Of a DNA stretch of 12,963 nucleotides, positions 10,101-12,963 are shown one piece after another. Within the stretch, counting starts at the first letter, position 1, and each line of letters starts with the position of its first letter. Below the pieces are notes generated by a model. It ran no database searches. It saw only the letters and a program-made list of their open reading frames with translations, and was not told the origin of the DNA. The translations under genes were made by a program, and so were the position numbers. The stretch spans positions 1 to 12,963 of the forward strand of contig JAWOCD010000050.1 in assembly GCA_046483985.1 (NCBI GenBank), written 5' to 3'. This DNA comes from Promethearchaeia archaeon. Its GTDB lineage: Archaea; Asgardarchaeota; Lokiarchaeia; Sigyniarchaeales; SOKP01.

Positions 10101-10371
10101 CCGTCGATTTATTGTCTAAAATCAAGGGAGCGGTCTCTGTTCGGGTTAAGTTTGGATTAATCCCCGAAGACATCTTCAGTTCTTTTTCTTTAATTTCATC
10201 TATTGTGTCTTCAGTATTATCTTCTTCTAGGTTATTTCCATTGGTGTCATTAACATTTAATGTTGGATCACCTAAAAAAATCAAAGCAAAAACAAAACCT
10301 TGGAGTACAAAAATGCCAATCAGAAAAAAAACAAGTTGACGTCTTTTTGTACTCTTTATTATTCGTTCCAT
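1..10371 (-). CDS. Giant (>=3457 aa, 3'-partial) acidic cell-surface/adhesin-like glycoprotein with FN3-like, CARDB-like and tandem Ig-like repeats
   Basis: ATG is the reverse complement of cat at 10369-10371. Hand translation gives MERIIKSTKRRQLVFFLIGIFVLQGFVFALIFLGDP... through ...YIYAYDRAGNEVLMDVRNYSMDLI at position 1 with no in-frame stop. An internal stop would have produced a long minus-strand ORF in the track, and none is listed. Domain-like repeats are coherent throughout. Confidence 0.97.
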   Translation of the reverse strand, partial: MERIIKSTKRRQLVFFLIGIFVLQGFVFALIFLGDPTLNVNDTNGNNLEEDNTEDTIDEIKEKELKMSSGINPNLTRTETAPLILDNKSTGGAFDGDGFLHGLHRDNIRIAYYSANNEWVTVPYQLDEKAFFRTYTTGLGMQADISANIWGGCGEVNDIDLSNMIFYDYKHGYAGKHIDGYKTNLTSPSASQWEYEEPTEWATNMSVYEARKYETKNDQGAMIDDLTELKPDPRNFPGSKDETATQEAPGMKKEQLEHRIDWDDELTFYAYNGKRASEHSWWNHEEYPNRYRVKINDPVDGGQSWMYIYYNKENMENPPTGDDANYYIPSSGPHKNEDHVSWDGKTKKITADTYEEQLDTSNTDLSDSVKIKWPGIGESETLIESMNKQYVSTYFQVYYENSDLCDPVNEDGDTEVWREGWWERDDTVYDEQKNAIGYGLTCDFDLSGNGMPTSFPGQDTDDTNAHRTNDDISGVSQEHTTDDSGEYVDFAGQATNPDAADHDGDEGEMTPYLRGKMHFGEEDNKSAIDGPIRVVLDKLSLQTIFADLDEGKIGYEEVYTVLRDELKYYSSFFQTDPTALDIDLMGESSDFEVNIDLYYDYMMGREFSDAVRNDETAEIWMGVSPDNYTYGDTTFRRVPGSTEFPNWAPDNHLTLYPDGDGTNDDYVSDGGPIEGTYGDTTPNSDPNTNPLPNWFYLSTSYGGAWMNIPYWDIYPLFSESEDMSTYWRDESGFTDMSFYGHDSNTNGKTNDYQYRTVFGNYSHEDCMLQFARNKYQLNDQLEITREENPGGPIFEDSKIYINGDDPGGLPYVKNGDRVDIWLDVDGDYATSTFSVDTDGLTSSEPTVEQIDSTNYIYNVSFVIDSKNATDRVPPSSGYIVNTTIEPEGLPLGYHEEEFYLDNTDPTAPTVNASQPSLDEASAEVTWSGAEDNGREDLIDHYEVYRNGSRVQTINDYSTTSWLDTNVIAGNHYRYYVKVFDKVGHSNTSNVDSVYIDLEFNPAQPDALPDYFTPTVTLNWTDNPGDTDVITNYRAYWSESESSGYTAFTDWLGSDARSAVFDPQAEDSTPKSGTEYYFKIRCAGPVDIYSAPVSSIYDNSDPFAATINDLSDPYAPDAAEIPIEWDGAFDSLSGIGHYELFKRIDSGTWNQIPSSDYEFDSSETSYTDTEDLSNGSTYEYYVSVYDAVGNGPVDSSIMSFTYDDSNVNPEANLWIDSVSASEVSANRTEPFDVNVTIKNTGGASGTVDTVSIDFSWEGSDMTSHFSPVSDSTGWTVTSSGSKTVTISDVKADASTPQGEMLIDAEIIGDNNDTEADSKDTIWIRDFSDLTISDTYADSPVERDSTNNRVSMNVTNSMITTTEITGYKIDINGLTKGTDYAVNNPDVIGTQLSEGETIELEFIVSIYADCPQGTFDIDYTINGTEVPTGLDVSNFADNAQNITIGTTDSDPPTFGTVSVDPTTGDPDTGDNITISVDVTDESGVAWVTADLKDPDGIVQDTVNLYDDGTHGDETAEDDTWTTQWNCSGALEGTYSINFTAEDTVGNVGELTEPDAFTIKDETAPTIENTQVSADLLELGDIQNITTEVSDSSGIESVTAFVQDEAEESTVATLTMYDDGSHGDKTADDGTYTCQWDSTGDTLQDYVVDIRARDASSETNEQYNNNSASFTLQDMTGPTLSAPNIDPDEGEIGQIFTITSDVTDLSGIQNVTAYIQTGSDDTPPTAYATLTMYDDGTHGDVTAEDDTYTCQWDSSDEDLGTYYVDIRAVDDSGSDNTEEVYDIDNNISVTDLTDPSVSNVNVDPASGDSSPPEGTVFNISAQVTDNTEVDEVWADLELDDNNQSVQLTDTNSDDVYDGTWNSTGADLGTYTVYIRANDTVNNVNYYQSEVTFDLEDNTAPQITDLNIDYDPLELGHNLTINVTVTDYYNVSWVRAYLEDGTAITDFQLYDDGTHEDETAGDNIYTNTWNSSTYDESTVNISIQAQDENANEAFEDNMGQFDIIDTTAPTISNVTVDPTSGDPTSPGQVFTITAEVNDISGINWVRAYLENGTNSIADFQLYDDGTHEDETAGDNIYTNTWNSSGTQEMTINVDIEAQDTADTPNNASAEDQDTIDLVDETAPTIQNVDVSPNAGPMETNFTITAEISDLSGILEAYATIENGTFIESIVLVDDGTGVDSTPDDGVFSGKWDSTGFYNGTYNVDINATDDSTAQNVNSMDNVTEIEIYVADETAPTIKDVEVNPDFANTGTTVNISALITDASGIYTPNITITNGSWSQTYDLVDSEGNDIWTYDWDTSGRADGMYNISFNATDKSENHNVRYLEDYKNVNLTNAPIISDVQVADATLEFGEIQNITCNVFDNDGVQTVTAYIESPDETVIDTLTMYDDGTNGDAVADDNIWTTQWNSTDQSLDTYYIDIEAEDTNSNTNTVDNGAEFIVQDTEGPSLTDASISPDSGDLGTVFNISVTATDLSGVKNVTAIISSPDEADNFTVNLTDPDNDDIYTGEWNSTGQPEGTYTVDILSYDTLGNSREIENIDNDITISDQTDPEIGKVVASPNTGDPEAGTVITITAEVSDLSGISSVTADVQNPNETTIESLSLYDNNEDGNYTNTWDCSGQSESWDNYYIDITAIDDSSNQNEQFKNNSETFQLRDTTEPQISNIQVSEAPLELGDIQLITCDVSDYSGILNVSATLESGSYSKIISLVDDGNGEYSGQWNSTGHSEGNYTIDIEATDDSIAQNVKTIINGTQFTLEDTKVPSVTNVQVSPSTADPTGDIVNITAEISDVSGIQSAYATIENGTWSTTLTLVDNGTNGDVTAGDGTYTCQWNSTGYSEDTYNIDVNATDDSIAQNERFRDNVASVTLSDSTPPTIENTQVSDAPLELGDIQTISCDVTDISGIYKVTALLQNATTEDTIDTLTMDDNGDGNYTGQWESEGYTLGEYVIDIKAIDDSNSENEQYENNVASFALNDTTAPTISSVNADPNEDVEIGVTNITISAQVSDFSEISEVWATIQNSSTSEWMASLQLVNTGGNNYAGEWNSTGFNPGNYSLRINATDNAEPQNTNSSDWSQNIELVNPTPDVSLATFDATDGNVILNSTKGGSGSYFAGDNVTFVFGIQVNKTDIHIRDIYIDEFSVGDNNYDYLFTDRSTNLTLPYELTQGDAYTYVELTYSIDENTTFTDDIEPGHLIIEYEDQDGYKYPPLESERTFISIDLYEQPDISNVEIDTEEYVQYPNSIEFRVTATHQSGDYNAYLNLTAWNNTEGRGWDDEEYSSNSTIYKMEWDSDYYTLEIDNFRSGDYYGNEINVIFNTSITGITNNKTLTTNFTDDFTVDGNAPIIGDEIQITTDEAGNELLTELDPDSIDQFYVFANITDDPIGTTGIDDENTKIIIEGEEFLFDNDLDDGIRYATIEISHIDSSALNLKEDNDEIRFNYIYAYDRAGNEVLMDVRNYSMDLI
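1147..6036 (-). repeat. Array of 15 tandem Ig-like repeats (~100-117 aa, ~300-350 nt each)
   Basis: Repeat starts (mostly D-x-T-x-P) at about 6036, 5700, 5361, 5010, 4695, 4371, 4029, 3693, 3393, 3060, 2748, 2421, 2115, 1782 and 1467. Consensus DxTxPxIxxxxVxP..G..xITAxVxDxSGIxxVxA..LxDDG..Y/WxxxW(N/D)S(T/S)G..GxYxIDIxAxD..N. Confidence 0.92.
4136..4548. repeat. Near-perfect 77-bp direct repeat (4136-4212 and 4472-4548) inside Ig repeats 6 and 5
   Basis: gaattccacgtattggtgtagatattatcaccagcagtttcatcctcatgtgtcccatc(a/g)tcataaagttggaaatc, 76/77 identical. The single difference is synonymous (GAT/GAC). Both copies encode DFQLYDDGTHEDETAGDNIYTNTWNS. Confidence 0.97.
6043..6747 (-). other. Two CARDB-like Ig-fold domains
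   Basis: ANLWIDSV..FDVNVTIKNTGG and SDLTISD..VSMNVTN..LSEGETIELEFIV..PQGTFDI match the pattern of CARDB/NPCBM-associated Ig domains. Recognised by eye, not by HMM. Confidence 0.6.
6770..7671 (-). other. Three tandem fibronectin type III-like domains
   Basis: FN3 signature of a Pro-rich start, strand-B Trp, strand-C Tyr and strand-F Y-x-Y-x-V. Unit 1: DNTDPTAP..VTWSGAED..YEVYRNG..YRYYVKVFDKVG. Unit 2: LNWTD..YRAYWS..EYYFKIR. Unit 3: IEWDGAFD..YELFKR..YTD..YEYYVSVYDAVGN. Confidence 0.8.
8011..10164 (-). other. Non-repetitive N-terminal head region (~720 aa) of the giant protein, function unknown, probably beta-rich
   Basis: Aromatic- and Asp-rich unique sequence with motifs VPYQLDE (9988-10008), DWDDELTF (9568-9591), INDPVDGGQSWMYIY, IDGPIRV (8770-8790) and DGDGTNDD (8377-8400). 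Boundaries are approximate. Confidence 0.65.
10273..10371 (-). other. N-terminal signal peptide / signal-anchor of the giant protein
   Basis: Basic n-region (MERIIKSTKRRQ) followed by a 21-residue hydrophobic stretch (LVFFLIGIFVLQGFVFALIFL) and then an acidic Asn-rich linker. Confidence 0.88.
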
Positions 10372-10479
10372 TTTGTGTTTTATCCTATTTTTTATTAAGT
10401 TTTTTAATATTTTTATTAGCTATTCTTTGAGAATTACTCTCAATAGTTTTTTTGTAGATTATTTTGAAAGATTGAATTC

Positions 10480-10502
10480 ATTTTAGACAATTTGTCTAAA
10501 AT
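10480..10502. promoter_or_regulatory. 23-bp perfect inverted repeat, candidate operator upstream of the giant gene
   Basis: ATTTTAGACAA-T-TTGTCTAAAAT has 11-bp perfect arms and lies ~110 bp upstream of the giant gene ATG. The palindrome is certain; the function is inferred. Confidence 0.6.
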
Positions 10503-10541
10503 TGTTTCGAATAGCTTAAATTATATATTTATTCAAATAAT

Positions 10542-10557
10542 ATATATAATTTTTCCC
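10542..10557 (-). promoter_or_regulatory. Candidate archaeal BRE + TATA promoter for the giant gene
   Basis: The minus strand reads GGGAAAAA-TTATATAT, a purine-rich BRE directly followed by a TATA box. This predicts a start near 10518-10522 and a ~150-nt 5' UTR. The region is AT-rich, so chance matches are possible. Confidence 0.5.
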
Positions 10558-10774
10558 TAAACTAAAAGTAAGTATCATTTGTCTTTTGCTTTAGATGTCT
10601 TAGAATTGCCACGATTACTAGTAAAGTAACATGAGATCAACACCATATTAAACCTATTATTATTCAGAACCAGTAAAAGAGAAAAAACTACACTCTTATG
10701 GGGTAGTTTAGTAAGCGGTGTAATCCGTCTGACAATTGCAAATTTTTCCAATATTTTTTATGTTACTTCTCGAA

Positions 10775-10846
10775 AAGAACGGGATTTGAACTATTCATGC
10801 CTAAAGGCTTGAGATTCATATTCTCTAATGCGTGATCATTACATTA
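10775..10846 (-). pseudogene. Degenerate tRNA-like element (possible tRNA remnant)
   Basis: In tRNA order on the minus strand: TAATG-11nt-CATTA hairpin, GAGA-ATATGAA-TCTC (7-nt loop), GCC-TTTA-GGC variable-arm-like hairpin, and GTTCAAATCCC T-loop consensus. The T-stem pairs poorly and no acceptor stem was found. Confidence 0.25.
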
Positions 10847-11264
10847 GACAATATAGGTTTCAGTCAAAAATTGAGTGAAACAAATAAAATAATCGTGGGA
10901 CGATTTTGATAAGATTAAAGACATAAAAGCCGCTGGAGAATTGAAAATTAAAAATCCCTTCTCAATAGAGTCGACTCTGAAACCTTAAAGAAACAGTGAA
11001 TACAAATTTAGAAAAGACATTTGATTAGTCCGAAGTATTGTATAATTATAAGTTAGATATTGACCTATTTAAATAGGGGCTTAAGATATTTAATGATTTA
11101 AACGCAAAATTCATGTCCATCCTAAAGATTCTAAAGGATGAAGTTTTCTTTTGCTTTTTTGATAAAAAACCAAAAGTTGGAAGGAATAAAGCAAAAAAGA
11201 TAAAAAAATTTTAAAATGACAAAAGACAAAGATAAAATAAGACACAATAAATAGATTCAAAGCT

Positions 11265-11543
11265 ATGAATAGTCAAAAAGAAAACTTAGAAAAAGAAAAG
11301 CTAATCCAATTAATTGAGAAAGCAATTAAATTATTATGCGAGAAGAATCTTTCTCAGGTGGTCATTTTATCTTCTTATAAAATAAATTCTGTTCTAAAAG
11401 ATAATTACGGAGTAAATATACGAGTTGATAAAATTGGACGAATTCTAAGTAATATAGCAAAGAGAAATAAATTAAAAAGACTATCCACCAATATTCCAAA
11501 ATATAAACTCCATATTAAGAAACTTCCAAACTTAATTTTCTAA
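11265..11543 (+). CDS. Small basic hypothetical protein (92 aa), possible winged-helix DNA-binding protein
   Basis: ATG start and Lys/Arg-rich composition. Amphipathic helix LIQLIEKAIKLL, then SSYKINSVLKDNYG-turn-VDKIGRILSNIAK, then a short beta element (LKRL..PKYKL), consistent with wHTH topology. The fold is inference. Confidence 0.8.
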   Translation: MNSQKENLEKEKLIQLIEKAIKLLCEKNLSQVVILSSYKINSVLKDNYGVNIRVDKIGRILSNIAKRNKLKRLSTNIPKYKLHIKKLPNLIF

Positions 11544-11552
11544 TTTCAGCAA

Positions 11553-11570
11553 TTTCTTTTAATTCTTTTT
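11553..11570 (+). terminator. Oligo-T tract, candidate archaeal-type terminator
   Basis: tttcttttaattcttttt begins 10 nt after the 92-aa ORF stop, with no hairpin. Confidence 0.4.
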
Positions 11571-11681
11571 ATTCGGATCACTAATATTATTTATATGTCT
11601 TAATCGTTATCATTAATATAGAGAGTATTCAACCATTACATACTTTTATTGACTATAAACAATATAAATTTATTGATTGCT

Positions 11682-12752
11682 ATGAAGAAAAATCACGATG
11701 ATGTGTTTAAAAAAGGGAAAAACCTAATTGTGCAAGGAAAATACGAGGAGGCAATCGATTACTTTTCGCAGCTCCAAGAAGAAGAGCCGGAAAAAAGCAC
11801 CTATACCAATTATTTAGGTATTATTTACCTTTCTCAAGAAGATTACAAAAAGGCTGCGGAATATTTTAAGAAATCTATCGAGATGAATCCTGAGAATTGG
11901 TATTCTTACTATAAATTAGGGGAAATATGCAAAATCAAGCAAATAGATAAATGTGCAATTGATTATTTCACCGAGACCATCGAGCATAACCCAAGAAATT
12001 TAAACGCCTTTTTGAATTTGGCGATGATTTTCCAGAGGAGCGATTCCGAGATCGCCCAAGATATATTACAAAATGCTCTTAAAATTGAGCCTGACAGTAA
12101 TTTAGCAAATTACATGCTTGCTCTCATTTACCTTAAGAATAAAAAATACAAAGATGCCGAGGAACATTTAAATAATATCATAACAAAAAAACCGGAGTTT
12201 CTGGATGGAATGGCGCAGTATAAACTGGGTGCAGCTTTATTAAATCAAAATAAGGTTGAAAAAGCGAGAAAAGCAATTCAAGAAGCGATTAAAATTTCAA
12301 AAAAAGCCAAATATTTGAATTTTTTGGGATTAACATTTCTTTCCCAGTTAGATCTTGAAAAAGCAAAACAATATTTCAAAGACGCCATTAAATTGGATGC
12401 GGAGAATCCAAGCCCGTGGATCAATTTAGGAGATACCTATTTTAAGCAAGATGATATTGAATCAGCTAAGAAATGTCTTAAGGAAGCCATTGAGTTAGTT
12501 AAAAACGATAATCTTCATAGGGCTGTATGGATCAACTATGCCAATTGTTTTGAAAAAGAACAGAAATTAAGCCATTCCTTATACTGTTTAAATAAAGCAC
12601 TACAGCAATCTGAGGATGCATTAAGCATGCGTTTAAACTTTATGGGAGAAGATGAGGATAAAATGAAAACGATTCATGAAATTAATCAAAAGATCAATCG
12701 GTTGAAAGAAAAAGGAATCGAAGCTATTTGTCCGCCAGAATTAAAAGAATAA
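11682..12752 (+). CDS. Tetratricopeptide repeat protein (~9 TPRs, 356 aa from the ATG)
   Basis: Repeated ~34-aa units such as TYTNYLGIIYLSQEDYKKAAEYFKKSIEMNPENW and SPWINLGDTYFKQDDIESAKKCLKEAIEL. ATG 11682 is preferred over TTG 11649 because the first TPR begins just after it and TATAAA at 11654-11659 sits at leaderless-promoter distance. Confidence 0.93.
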   Translation: MKKNHDDVFKKGKNLIVQGKYEEAIDYFSQLQEEEPEKSTYTNYLGIIYLSQEDYKKAAEYFKKSIEMNPENWYSYYKLGEICKIKQIDKCAIDYFTETIEHNPRNLNAFLNLAMIFQRSDSEIAQDILQNALKIEPDSNLANYMLALIYLKNKKYKDAEEHLNNIITKKPEFLDGMAQYKLGAALLNQNKVEKARKAIQEAIKISKKAKYLNFLGLTFLSQLDLEKAKQYFKDAIKLDAENPSPWINLGDTYFKQDDIESAKKCLKEAIELVKNDNLHRAVWINYANCFEKEQKLSHSLYCLNKALQQSEDALSMRLNFMGEDEDKMKTIHEINQKINRLKEKGIEAICPPELKE

Positions 12753-12776
12753 AAAAGTAATGAATGAAGAATAAAT

Positions 12777-12963
12777 TTAGAGATTGCGGAATTCCATTGA
12801 AATTTCTTTCAAATTTTTGCTGATTCCTTCCAACTCGGAATAAGCATTCTCCAACTTCGAAACCCCTTCGCTTAACGTTTTCATCTGCTTGATAAAATTT
12901 TTTTCAAGGGTGCTCCCGCTTTCTTTAAGCCCATCTTTCACTGAATCGCTTAAATTGTGGAGT
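12777..12963 (-). CDS. 3' end of a convergent gene encoding a coiled-coil C-terminus (5'-partial)
   Basis: The frame from 12962 reads LHNLSDSVKDGLKESGSTLEKNFIKQMKTLSEGVSKLENAYSELEGISKNLKEISMEFRNL and ends at TAA (12777-12779). It has heptad hydrophobic periodicity and stops 24 nt from the TPR gene stop. Confidence 0.8.
   Translation of the reverse strand, partial: LHNLSDSVKDGLKESGSTLEKNFIKQMKTLSEGVSKLENAYSELEGISKNLKEISMEFRNL

Noticed and set aside
92-10339. Thirteen short plus-strand ORFs and the minus-strand ORF 6969-7202 in the ORF track
   Set aside because: All lie within the giant minus-strand CDS, antisense or out of frame. Their Ser/Ile/Val- or His/Tyr/Leu-rich compositions are typical shadows of an Asp/Thr/Asn-rich gene.
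10324-10350. Twin-arginine (Tat) motif in TKRRQLVFF
   Set aside because: Poor match to S/T-R-R-x-F-L-K. The h-region is strongly hydrophobic (Sec-like), and folded export of a >3400-aa protein is unlikely.
10775-10846. Functional tRNA or tRNA-Sec gene
   Set aside because: No acceptor stem, mispaired T-stem, and the loop does not read UCA. Kept only as a low-confidence remnant.
11149-11196. TTTTGCTTT...AAAGCAAAA inverted repeat as MITE/IS ends
   Set aside because: Only 9 bp of low-complexity sequence, with no target-site duplication and no transposase.
11649-11681. TTG start extending the TPR protein by 11 aa
   Set aside because: The extension is AT-rich, promoter-like sequence containing TATAAA. 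ATG 11682 immediately precedes the first TPR.
12777-12963. Calling the partial coiled-coil gene a chemoreceptor, SNARE or ESCRT-like protein
   Set aside because: Only 61 residues of generic heptad pattern are visible, with no diagnostic motif.

Overview
The window is dominated by a giant minus-strand CDS that the supplied ORF track misses, most likely because it has no stop codon inside the window. It starts at ATG 10371, stays open in one frame to position 1 (at least 3457 aa, translated by hand) and runs off the left edge. The product is a very acidic, sequon-rich cell-surface protein. From the N-terminus it has a hydrophobic signal/anchor, a ~720-aa non-repetitive head of unknown function, one Ig-like domain, three FN3-like domains, two CARDB-like domains, 15 tandem ~100-117-aa Ig-like repeats with Asp-rich (probably Ca2+-binding) loops, and further Ig-like domains. 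An ~890-bp AT-rich divergent intergenic region follows, with an archaeal BRE/TATA candidate, many palindromes and a degenerate tRNA-like element. On the plus strand are a 92-aa basic, possibly winged-helix protein and a ~9-repeat TPR protein. The 3' end of a convergent coiled-coil gene closes the window. The overall style suggests an archaeon, plausibly Asgard/Lokiarchaeia, but this is inference and no marker gene is present. All listed ORFs within 92..10339 are judged to be shadows of the giant gene.
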